This document shows positions 27,243 through 36,590 of a stretch of 64,000 bases of DNA, piece after piece. How positions within the stretch are numbered: the stretch's first letter is position 1; each line of letters begins with the position of its first letter. Source of the stretch: Candidatus Kapaibacterium sp. (lineage in GTDB: Bacteria; Bacteroidota; Ignavibacteria; Kapaibacteriales; UBA2268); the NCBI GenBank assembly GCA_023957315.1, contig JAMLHE010000002.1, positions 263,750-327,749 on the forward strand, in the 5' to 3' direction. The notes under the pieces were generated by a model, which made no database searches, was not told where the DNA came from, and saw only the letters and a program-made list of their open reading frames with translations. A program made the translations under genes and the position numbers.

Positions 27243-30033
27243 GAGATTTGAAGAAATCTTTTAGTGCCCTTGCAGTGTGTGATTGCTCCACATTGCAAAT
27301 TTCTTCGGGGCTACCTTGTGCAATTACCAAACCTCCGTCATCTCCCGCTTCGGGACCCAAATCTATGACATAATCTGCAGATGCAATCACATGCAGATTA
27401 TGTTCTATTATTATTAGCGTATTTCCGGCATCTGCGAGCTTGTGAAAGCAAGTGTTAAGCGTGGCTATGTCATCAACGTGCAATCCCGTAGTTGGTTCGT
27501 CGAGTATAAACAGCGTTTTGCTGTTCACGCTTGTATCTAAATGACTTGCGAGTTTGATACGTTGTGCTTCGCCACCTGAAAGCATTGTGGATGGTTGTCC
27601 CAATTTCAAATATCCAAGCCCGACTTCCTCCAAAATTTTCAATTTTTTCAGTATTCTCGGCTTATCCTTGAAAAAGTTGATAGCGGTTTCGACTGTCATA
27701 TCGAGTATATCAACGATATTTTTGCCTTCGTGGCGGATTTCGAGCACTTCCTTTTTGAATCGAGTTCCTCGGCAAGATTCGCAAACTAAAGAAACATCGG
27801 ACATGAATTGCATGTCAATCGTTACATAGCCTTCGCCCTCGCACGTTTCGCATCGTCCACCTGCCACATTGAACGAAAAATGTCCTGCTTTCCAACCTAA
27901 TTGCTTTGATGCTTGAGTGGAAGCATACAAATCGCGAATCAAATCGAAAACTTTTACAAATGTTGCAGGAGTGGAGCGCGAAGATTTGCCGATTGGTGTT
28001 TGGTCAACCATTTCTACATGGTCAAAATTTTCGAATCCCAAAATTGATTCAAATTTGCCGACATGGTCTTGAAAACCGCCTCGGTGCTTTTTAATTCCCG
28101 AATAAATAATATCTTTGACTAAGGTACTTTTGCCGGAGCCTGATACGCCCGTAACGGCAGTAATGCATTCCACAGGAAATGACACGGCATCAATTTTCAG
28201 ATTATTTTCCTTAGCTTTCGTAACGGTTATAAATTTCCCTGTTCCTTTTCTTCTCTTTTTCGGAATATCAAATTGAATTTTATTCGAGAAATATCTCCCT
28301 GTTAGCGAGGTATCTGATTCTAACAATTCGGTGTAATTCCCACTGAAAACGACTTCTCCGCCATGTTCGCCGGCTCCGGGACCCATATCAATAATGTAAT
28401 CGGCATATTTTATAACGTCAGGGTCGTGCTCTACAACTATGACCGTGTTCCCGAGATTGCGAATTTTGAGCAAAATCTTAATCAATTTCATGGTATCTCG
28501 CGGGTGCAAGCCGATGCTCGGCTCATCAAGCACATATAAAGTTCCGACTAATGCCGAACCCAATGCAGTAGCAAGACTGATTCGTTGCGATTCGCCACCG
28601 GACAAAGTGTGCGATAACCGAGCAAGATTGATATATTCCAAACCGATGTCATTGAGCAAATTAAGCCTATGATTGATTTCATCGAGTAATCTTTCAGCAA
28701 TTTTGTAATCATATTCATTCAGTCTCACTGTCAAGAAGTAGCTTTTCAAATCTTTCAATGACATTACTATCAGTTCGGGAATGTTTTTGCCGTTGACATA
28801 AACCTGCCGTGCAGATGTTCTGAGTCGAGACCCATTGCAGGCTTTGCATTTGGTATATCCGCGGTAACGGCTCAATATCACACGATAGTGCATCTTGTAG
28901 CTTTTTTCTTCGAGCAAATTGAAAAAGCCGTTAATGCCAATGTAAGTGTCTTGCCCGTTCCAAATTATTTCCATATCTTCGTCGCTCAAATCGGCAATCG
29001 GTTTTTCTAAGTCAATTCCATATTTAGGAGCAATCTGCATCAAATCTCGCAAATACTTGGACAAAGTTTCTCCTTTGAACGGGTGAATTGCGTTATTTAA
29101 AATTGATTTTGAGCGGTCGGGGAATACCAAATCTTCATCAATTCCGATTGTCCGCCCGAATCCTTGGCATTTGTGGCATGCACCGTGCGGATTATTAAAT
29201 GAAAAGAGTCGTGGGTCGGGCTCTTCGTACAAAATGTCGCAATCGGGACATTCGTAGAGATTTGTGTATTTGTAGCTGTTATTTGTGCTGATGTCATAAA
29301 CGTGAATCTTACCGTTGCCTAAAGTAAATGCAGATTCGAGCGAATCAGTTACGCGACTGACGAACTCTTCATCATGGCGAACTATAGTCCTATCCACCAA
29401 TACTGTGAGAGCAGCGCTATCGTAAGATTCAAATACTTCACGATTGTCTATTTCAACGATTTCCAAATTGTCAGACTTCACAAATCTGAAAAAACCCAAC
29501 TGTTTGAGATTTTCAAAATAATTTTCAGTACCTTTTGATGCGTCTTCCGGTGGGAACGTGATGTACAGCTTAGTGCCTTCGGGCATTTTGTATAATAATT
29601 TTGCAACTGATTGCGGAGTGTCCTTGTAAATTTGATTGCCGCAACTATAGCATATTGTCTTGCCGATTCTGCCGAAAAGCAAACGGAAATAATCATAAAT
29701 CTCGGTGGAAGTGCCAACCGTAGAGCGTGGGTTTCTGGAATGAGTATTTTGCTCGATAGCGATAGCAGGCGGCAATCCCGTAATCGTATCGCAATCCGGC
29801 TTTTGCATTCTCTCCAAAAATTGGCGGGCATAGCTGGACAAGGACTCGACGAAACGTCTCTGTCCTTCGGCATAAATTGTATCGAAAGCAAGAGATGATT
29901 TGCCCGAGCCGCTCACACCCGTGATGACAGTCATTCTGTTTCTCGGGATGCTGACATCAATGTTCTTCAGATTGTGCAGTTTTGCACCTGTCACATTCAA
30001 GAATCTCAATTTTGGATTTGGTTTGGCTTTCAT
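27226..30033 (-). CDS. uvrA: excinuclease ABC subunit A
   Basis: 935 aa, two ABC ATPase modules (GVSGSGKS Walker A x2, LSGGE signature x2), Zn-finger Cys pairs. Confidence 0.95.
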   Translation of the reverse strand: MKAKPNPKLRFLNVTGAKLHNLKNIDVSIPRNRMTVITGVSGSGKSSLAFDTIYAEGQRRFVESLSSYARQFLERMQKPDCDTITGLPPAIAIEQNTHSRNPRSTVGTSTEIYDYFRLLFGRIGKTICYSCGNQIYKDTPQSVAKLLYKMPEGTKLYITFPPEDASKGTENYFENLKQLGFFRFVKSDNLEIVEIDNREVFESYDSAALTVLVDRTIVRHDEEFVSRVTDSLESAFTLGNGKIHVYDISTNNSYKYTNLYECPDCDILYEEPDPRLFSFNNPHGACHKCQGFGRTIGIDEDLVFPDRSKSILNNAIHPFKGETLSKYLRDLMQIAPKYGIDLEKPIADLSDEDMEIIWNGQDTYIGINGFFNLLEEKSYKMHYRVILSRYRGYTKCKACNGSRLRTSARQVYVNGKNIPELIVMSLKDLKSYFLTVRLNEYDYKIAERLLDEINHRLNLLNDIGLEYINLARLSHTLSGGESQRISLATALGSALVGTLYVLDEPSIGLHPRDTMKLIKILLKIRNLGNTVIVVEHDPDVIKYADYIIDMGPGAGEHGGEVVFSGNYTELLESDTSLTGRYFSNKIQFDIPKKRRKGTGKFITVTKAKENNLKIDAVSFPVECITAVTGVSGSGKSTLVKDIIYSGIKKHRGGFQDHVGKFESILGFENFDHVEMVDQTPIGKSSRSTPATFVKVFDLIRDLYASTQASKQLGWKAGHFSFNVAGGRCETCEGEGYVTIDMQFMSDVSLVCESCRGTRFKKEVLEIRHEGKNIVDILDMTVETAINFFKDKPRILKKLKILEEVGLGYLKLGQPSTMLSGGEAQRIKLASHLDTSVNSKTLFILDEPTTGLHVDDIATLNTCFHKLADAGNTLIIIEHNLHVIASADYVIDLGPEAGDDGGLVIAQGSPEEICNVEQSHTARALKDFFKSLKVRQ

Positions 30034-30211
30034 ATAATTTTAAGCAACATGCACAAATAAAACTTGTAATATAAAGCAAGAAAATGAATTGTTGGGATAT
30101 TTGTTGAAAATAATTTCTAAAATATTCCATTTTCAAAAATAAATTATTGTTATTCGATTTGTTTTTGTTAAATTTATCCTTTGTGTTATCTATAAATATA
30201 AATATAAAATA

Positions 30212-31417
30212 ATGAACTCTTTTGTTTTCTATATTTTGAATGATTTGCTCTCTGAATCGGCAGTTATGGAGAAGTTGATTATAAACTATTTCCCCGATGC
30301 AATCGTGAAGCGTTTTTCCGATGCTAAGTCTTTTCTATATGATATGGAAAGCGAAGTGATGTCGCCCATTTCATTAGTCGAATTCCAACTCAGCGGAATT
30401 GGTGGAGTCAGCTTGTTGAAGAAAGTGAAGAGTTTTGAGAAATTCCGCAACTCGATTTTCATAATGATACTTGACAGCTATGACAAGGAAAACTATATCA
30501 AAGCACTGCAAACCGGAGCTGACGATGTGCTAATCAAGCCCATCGTTGCCGAACAGCTTTTTGTCAAATTAAAAAATGCTATCCGATTGAATCAGCAATT
30601 TGAGATTAATGCGGTCTTGAATCAGCAATTAAGCTTGGCTAAGGAGAAATACGATACAGAAGTAAGCAATACTTACAAAATGCTCAGAAAAATCTTGAGT
30701 ATGAAATTGCCAAGCAAGGACAGTGAACTAAGTCGAATTCATGACGCCTGTAAATATATCGCCCATCAAGTTATTGATGATAGTGCAGAAATCGAAAATC
30801 TTTTATTAGCTACTCAATTTTGCTATCTTGGCAAATTACCTTTTAATGATAAAATCATACTTAATCCGGTTATGATAGAAGGCGTTGTCCAAAACGAAAC
30901 GATGCTCCAATATCCGGAAAACGTTAAAGCTGTGATGAGTCTGATGCCCGATTCAACTGAAGTAGAAGCTTTACTTTACCATACTTACGAAAATTTTGAC
31001 GGAACCGGAATTCCCAAAAAACTCAAATCATGGGAAATTCCTTTAGGAGCGAGAATCTTACGTGTTGCCATTGATTTCGAATACCTCAATACGAAAAACT
31101 CCGGCAGAGAATCAAAAGTTATTGACATCATGTTCGAGCAAATCAACCGATTATATGATTACAGAGTATTGGCATTTTATGACCAATATTTAGCATACAA
31201 AAATTCTCGTCCGGGACTGAGTGGCAGAGCTTTGGAGGAATCAATTGCCCCAAAAGGCTTACGCGAAGATATGATTTTGTCTCGAAACATAATTACAAGT
31301 TCAGGTCTGAAATTGTTAGCTTCAGGTACAAGGTTGAATGATGCCAATATTGAAAGAATACAATCTATATTGTTGTCAGACAGCATCATAGGTAAAATTT
31401 GGATAAAAGTATTCTAA
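30212..31417 (+). CDS. atypical (pseudo-)receiver domain protein fused to HD-GYP-like domain
   Basis: REC-like N-terminus with Glu at the phospho-acceptor position (LVEFQLSGIGG); C-terminal HD...HTYENFDGTGIPKKL resembling HD-GYP. Confidence 0.5.
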   Translation: MNSFVFYILNDLLSESAVMEKLIINYFPDAIVKRFSDAKSFLYDMESEVMSPISLVEFQLSGIGGVSLLKKVKSFEKFRNSIFIMILDSYDKENYIKALQTGADDVLIKPIVAEQLFVKLKNAIRLNQQFEINAVLNQQLSLAKEKYDTEVSNTYKMLRKILSMKLPSKDSELSRIHDACKYIAHQVIDDSAEIENLLLATQFCYLGKLPFNDKIILNPVMIEGVVQNETMLQYPENVKAVMSLMPDSTEVEALLYHTYENFDGTGIPKKLKSWEIPLGARILRVAIDFEYLNTKNSGRESKVIDIMFEQINRLYDYRVLAFYDQYLAYKNSRPGLSGRALEESIAPKGLREDMILSRNIITSSGLKLLASGTRLNDANIERIQSILLSDSIIGKIWIKVF

Positions 31418-33561
31418 ATTATATGGATAGTGACTCAAATTCGGATTATAAGCTTGATGTCATTAGTGGATTGCTCAAGCAAATTCAAAATTTGAGCGAA
31501 TCTGATAAAATCAGCTTAAATAAAGCAATTGCTGATTTGAAAACTCAATTAGAAAACTCTTCCAAACACGAAGCAAATCTCCGACATACACAAGATGCAC
31601 TCAGCCAAAGTGAATTAAGTCTGCATAGTATAATCGAAAAAACTCCTGTGGGAATATGTATCACAGACAAAGACGGCAACTTCGAGTATGCAAACCCATC
31701 ATACCAGAAAATTTACAAATACACAAGCGACGAACTAATCGGACAGCATTTCACGATTGTCGTTCATCCTGATAATCGCGATTATCTTAGTGATTTGCAT
31801 GATAAATTCATTTTGGGAAGCGATGGTTCGGAAGCTCGGGGCGAATGGACTGTGATTAACAAATACGGCGATGAAATCAATATTATTGCCGATGCTGCCA
31901 AAATTATCGGCTCCGATAATAGCCCCAAGAAAGTCACATTTGTTATTGATATAACGGAACGAATGCGTGCTGAAAAACTCCAAACGGGTATCAACAAAGT
32001 CCTCGAAAGTGTTGTTGAGGGCAGAGAGCTCGAAGATATACTCCAAATGCTTGCCGATACTATCGAATCGCAAGATAAAAATATTGAAAGTGGCATTGTA
32101 ATCACTGATATTGATTCTAAAAGTATTTCACTTGTGGTATCAAAAGCGGTTTACAATATTCGCTCTGTTTTAATTGAACTCGAAACCAAAAAATTTGATT
32201 TGGACACAGAGCAAATATTGCAGCCGAATCCAATATACACATCATTTGATTCCGAAATATTCATCAACCCTCTGATGGAAAGGCTCAGCATCCGATACAA
32301 ATCAATATTAGCTATTCCGATTATAATTTCCAATACAAGATATTGCGGAAGTATATATCTTCTCAATAAGTTAGACCGTAAACCCGATGCAAATATTAGG
32401 CGAATGATTGAATCCGTATCGCATGTCGCAGGAATTGCAATTAATTTGAAAGAAACGAATAGCAAGTTAATTAATGCAAAAGTCGAATCGGAATTTGCAA
32501 ATAGAACAAAAAGCGAATTTTTGGCAAATATCAGCCACGAAATTCGCACTCCGATGAATTCTATACTCGGTTTTGCAGAATTATTGAAAGACATTAGTCC
32601 CCAACACCCGAAATATCAGGATTATCTCGAAGGAATTTTGGTTGGTGGCAATAATTTGCTTCAGCTTATAAATGATATTTTGGATATGTCGAAAATTGAA
32701 GCAGGAAGATTAGAAGTTCATCCGGAAATAGTTGATGTCCGGAAAATTTTCCGCGAAATCGAATATATTTTTTCATTGATAATAAGAGAAAAGGGCTTGG
32801 ATTTCATCGTTTCTGTTTCAGATAATGTTCCGCAATATTTATATATTGATGAAATTCGCCTGCGACAAGTGCTATTCAATTTAGTAGGCAATGCAGTCAA
32901 ATTTACCGAAACAGGCTCCATTAAAATTAATATTGATTGCAAACTCGAAGACGTAAGCCATTGCGATATGAGAATTTGTGTCGAAGACACAGGCATTGGA
33001 ATCCCAGAATCCCAAAGACAAATCATTTTCGAACCATTCAGGCAGCGCGAAGGTCAAAACGCCAGAAAATACGGTGGGACAGGATTGGGGCTTACAATCA
33101 CCAAAAGATTGCTCGAAATGATGGACGGCAAAATTGAATTAGAAAGCGAAGAAGGAGTCGGCTCGAAGTTTTCGGTGATAATTCACAATCTTTTCATTGG
33201 TATCGAGATGGACCCGCTTGAAAATGCTGAAAATGAGATACTTGATGACAATCAAATCATCACATCCGGGGAAATCAGCCAAATAATCGAAAATTCGCAT
33301 ATAATTTTACCCAAAGAATACGAAGCCACGCTAAAGAGCGAGATATATCAATTATGGATGTCGGCACATAATACATTCATCTTCGACAAAATTAATGCTT
33401 TTGCCGATAAACTAAATCAAATTGCACACATTACGGGAAATCCGATTTTGATTAATTACAGCGTACTGCTTTTGGAAGATGTCCGAAAACTGAATATTGA
33501 CAATATTATCAAAATATTGCCATTGTATTTTACAATTATCCAAAAAGCAAAGTACGAATAA
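31399..33561 (+). CDS. sensor histidine kinase with PAS and GAF domains
   Basis: PAS (HSIIEKTPVGICITDKDGNFEYANPSY), HisKA H-box SHEIRTPMNSILGF, HATPase_c GxGLGL (GGTGLGLTI). Confidence 0.85.
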   Translation: MDKSILNYMDSDSNSDYKLDVISGLLKQIQNLSESDKISLNKAIADLKTQLENSSKHEANLRHTQDALSQSELSLHSIIEKTPVGICITDKDGNFEYANPSYQKIYKYTSDELIGQHFTIVVHPDNRDYLSDLHDKFILGSDGSEARGEWTVINKYGDEINIIADAAKIIGSDNSPKKVTFVIDITERMRAEKLQTGINKVLESVVEGRELEDILQMLADTIESQDKNIESGIVITDIDSKSISLVVSKAVYNIRSVLIELETKKFDLDTEQILQPNPIYTSFDSEIFINPLMERLSIRYKSILAIPIIISNTRYCGSIYLLNKLDRKPDANIRRMIESVSHVAGIAINLKETNSKLINAKVESEFANRTKSEFLANISHEIRTPMNSILGFAELLKDISPQHPKYQDYLEGILVGGNNLLQLINDILDMSKIEAGRLEVHPEIVDVRKIFREIEYIFSLIIREKGLDFIVSVSDNVPQYLYIDEIRLRQVLFNLVGNAVKFTETGSIKINIDCKLEDVSHCDMRICVEDTGIGIPESQRQIIFEPFRQREGQNARKYGGTGLGLTITKRLLEMMDGKIELESEEGVGSKFSVIIHNLFIGIEMDPLENAENEILDDNQIITSGEISQIIENSHIILPKEYEATLKSEIYQLWMSAHNTFIFDKINAFADKLNQIAHITGNPILINYSVLLLEDVRKLNIDNIIKILPLYFTIIQKAKYE

Positions 33562-33568
33562 CTAATAG

Positions 33569-34318
33569 CTACATTACATCCCAAGGCAAAACAGTAGTTT
33601 CGACTACTCTGCCATCTTTGAATTTCATTATCAACCCAACAAGACCGAATTTGTGATTGCCAACATACACAATTGATTGCAAAAGTGGGTCATCAGGAGT
33701 CATTTCTTCTACTTTTATAGTTTTGACACGCCAAAATGCAAGGTCCCAATCTTCATCAGGATTCTTTTCAATTACTGTTCTGACGATTTTCTTTCCTTCG
33801 GAATTAGTGAATTCGTACTTGTCGCCAACATTTGAAGAATATTTTATAGCAGTAAAGGGTTTTGACAAATCGCCTTTGGCATGGAAATAGTCTTGAATTC
33901 CTTCTGAAGTAATTTTCAACTTGAATTCGACATCAAGTCGCAAATTTGCATGGTCGCTCGTGTCAATAGTGGCACCATATTTTGCCAAATAAATGTCAAC
34001 AACTTGATGCTTCATTTCTTCTGACAAATCTTGAGTCCCAAGCAAAGTATCAATAGCTTTCAAATCGTCAACAGTTGAGAAAAAGGTCCCCTTGAAAGTG
34101 ACAATTCCGTTTTCGTTTTTCGTAATTATCACCGAATCACGGATATTTTGTAGAGCCGGTGTATAGACATCCTTGATTTTGATTGATACACCAAATTCAT
34201 TCCCGACTTTAGTAAGATCGATATCGGTATTGCCACCCATATCGTTAGGTCCCGTAGTCGAATCGCAAGCAAACACTGCTAAAACGACCAAAAAAGCAAA
34301 GAGAGTTCTAATTTTCAT
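33569..34318 (-). CDS. hypothetical lipoprotein
   Basis: Signal peptide + lipobox VFACDS; no recognisable domain. Confidence 0.45.
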   Translation of the reverse strand: MKIRTLFAFLVVLAVFACDSTTGPNDMGGNTDIDLTKVGNEFGVSIKIKDVYTPALQNIRDSVIITKNENGIVTFKGTFFSTVDDLKAIDTLLGTQDLSEEMKHQVVDIYLAKYGATIDTSDHANLRLDVEFKLKITSEGIQDYFHAKGDLSKPFTAIKYSSNVGDKYEFTNSEGKKIVRTVIEKNPDEDWDLAFWRVKTIKVEEMTPDDPLLQSIVYVGNHKFGLVGLIMKFKDGRVVETTVLPWDVM

Positions 34319-34512
34319 TTGAAAATCTCCAAAATGGTTAAACACAATCCAAAAGTAATACAAAAAACTGAAGAATGCAAGAAAAATACTTTATTATTAT
34401 TTAAATATATCTATATTTGATTGCTGATTTGGTTTTTTAGTTTATTTTAGAAAAATAAGATTAATAAGAATATAAATAAAAATACACTATCTATAATAAT
34501 TGGAGTATTAAG

Positions 34513-36159
34513 ATGAAGACTATCCTTGTGGCTGTTTTAGCATTATTCATGTTCGCTGCCAATCTCCATTCAACAGTATTAAAAGGTGAAATCACCGGTC
34601 ATGACGGGAAGGCGATTTCAATGTCCCATGTTTTTCGTTCTTGGAACTACTATCAATTTGATGAAATTGTGCAGGCAGACGAAAATGGAAAATTTGAAAT
34701 TCCTCTTACGGCGCAAGGTCCGATTGAGTTTACTTTTTGCGGATTGAATCATTTGCCTCACATTGTAAGATTTGAAGTGCTTGATTCCACAAAGCCTATC
34801 GAAATCAATGTGCAATTGCAGTATTACGTTTACGAGAAAGATGTCACAGAACTAAGCATCATCGGCGGTTTCAATGACTATGATTTTGAAAAAGCAGTAG
34901 CAATGACAAATATTGGCGATGGTAAATTTACTTACAAATTGGAAAATTTCAGCTCCGATACGCTCAAATATCAAGTTTTGGGAATGGTGAACAGACCCGA
35001 AGCACGCAGCATCAACGGGACTCAAGCCGATTTTTATACGCTCGACGGGGGTGGAGATTATTATTCCGTGCTTGTTTCGCCAAGCAGAAATTTTGAAATT
35101 ACTTTTGAAACATCGAAATTAAAATACATAGAGAGCGTAGCAAAAGTCACATTTGTTGACGAAATATATAGCAAACAATATGCTTTGTCATCAAAGCTGA
35201 ATGAGCTTGAACAATCCTCTCGAATGCACTTTTCCAAAGCTTTGCAAACCCATAACAGGGATAAAGTGTCCGAGCCATTTCTTGCTTTATCACAGGAATA
35301 TTTAGATTTAATCGCTGCCCAAGACATGATTGAATCCAAAGATAAAGTAACAATAGCATATATGAGATATTTGAGCCATCTCAGCTATTACACGGAACTA
35401 CCAAAAGTAAATCTGACACCTGTGCTTGATATGATTAAGAGAACGCCGGCAGAATCAGACAAAGTTAAGGAATTCGGAAACGGATTCGATTTGTTGGCGA
35501 TAGCAAAACATCAAGGGATACCTCCCCACGAATATGAATATATTTTGGATGTAATTGAGAAAAATCCTGATAAAGCATTTGCTGCTGAATTGCTTAACTA
35601 TTTGATTCATAATATTATCCGCACCGATGAAGAAACCGGATTGAAACTATACAATCGGATAATCGCAGAGTTCCCGAATGAAGAAGCTACAAAACGCGCT
35701 CGCCAAGAATATGACCCGAATCGTGCAATGCAAGTTGGCAGGAAAATCCCCGATTTTAAATTCAAATCCTTAGACAATCCCGACCAATTCATAACACCCG
35801 AAACACTGAAAGGCAAGTATGTTTTGATAGATTTGTGGGCTACTTGGTGCGGACCCTGTATAATGGAAATGGAAAATTTGCACGAAACATACCAAGCCTA
35901 TAAAGATAAGGGATTTGAAATATTGAGCATATCAGTTGACCCAATGGCGTCGCGAGTTGTCGGATTCAGAAACGGGAAATGGAAAATGCCCTGGTTGAAT
36001 GTATGGTCAGAGGGTCAATTCCAAAGCGAAGCCGCCAAAATATTCGAAGTGACCGGAATCCCCCGCTTTGTGCTAATCAACCCCGACAGCGAAATCATAG
36101 CCGTTGACACAATTCGCGGCGCAGGACTAAAAGCAAAATTAGCCGAATTATTGAATTGA
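34513..36159 (+). CDS. TlpA/redoxin-family thiol:disulfide oxidoreductase with large N-terminal extension
   Basis: Signal peptide; C-terminal thioredoxin fold with WATWCGPC. Confidence 0.75.
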   Translation: MKTILVAVLALFMFAANLHSTVLKGEITGHDGKAISMSHVFRSWNYYQFDEIVQADENGKFEIPLTAQGPIEFTFCGLNHLPHIVRFEVLDSTKPIEINVQLQYYVYEKDVTELSIIGGFNDYDFEKAVAMTNIGDGKFTYKLENFSSDTLKYQVLGMVNRPEARSINGTQADFYTLDGGGDYYSVLVSPSRNFEITFETSKLKYIESVAKVTFVDEIYSKQYALSSKLNELEQSSRMHFSKALQTHNRDKVSEPFLALSQEYLDLIAAQDMIESKDKVTIAYMRYLSHLSYYTELPKVNLTPVLDMIKRTPAESDKVKEFGNGFDLLAIAKHQGIPPHEYEYILDVIEKNPDKAFAAELLNYLIHNIIRTDEETGLKLYNRIIAEFPNEEATKRARQEYDPNRAMQVGRKIPDFKFKSLDNPDQFITPETLKGKYVLIDLWATWCGPCIMEMENLHETYQAYKDKGFEILSISVDPMASRVVGFRNGKWKMPWLNVWSEGQFQSEAAKIFEVTGIPRFVLINPDSEIIAVDTIRGAGLKAKLAELLN

Positions 36160-36170
36160 GGGTTGGGGAA

Positions 36171-36248
36171 TGCGTCATTCTGAGCGAAGCGAAGAATCAA
36201 GATTTATTAAAAGACATGGATTCTTCGCCTTCGTCTCAGAATGACCAG
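36171..36248. repeat. long imperfect hairpin (~25-bp arms) cgtcattctgagcgaagcgaagaatc ... gattcttcgccttcgtctcagaatgac
   Basis: Read directly; immediately downstream of TlpA-like gene; could act as terminator or repeat element. Confidence 0.6.
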
Positions 36249-36260
36249 TTGTCTGAACTA

Positions 36261-36296
36261 TGATTTGTGTGATTAGTGTGATTAGTGTGATTAGGA
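36261..36296. repeat. tandem 9-bp repeat (tgtgattag) x ~3.5
   Basis: gatttgtgtgattagtgtgattagtgtgattagg. Confidence 0.8.
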
Positions 36297-36310
36297 AGCT
36301 CTCAAATTCT

Positions 36311-36400
36311 CCATTCATCCGATGACTCGAAGTATTCAGATTAAGTGAATTGATAAAAGCTGTGGCACATCTAAGTGGGAGTCATCGGATGAATTATAAT
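36311..36400. repeat. 16-bp perfect inverted repeat (attcatccgatgactc / gagtcatcggatgaat) separated by ~55 nt
   Basis: Read directly. Confidence 0.75.
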
Positions 36401-36590
36401 TTCCCGTAGGATCTTACAATAGACGAAACCTTCGGAAGGTTAGGAAAGCATGCCTTTTCATGTCCCGTCAGTTGTTATAATTTACGGATAGGGATAAATC
36501 TGTAGTATAGTCGTTAGTTGTAACAAAGATGATACACTAACTTTGGAATAACTGACGGTACAGTAATTAGACTTCCGAATTCTTCATTCG

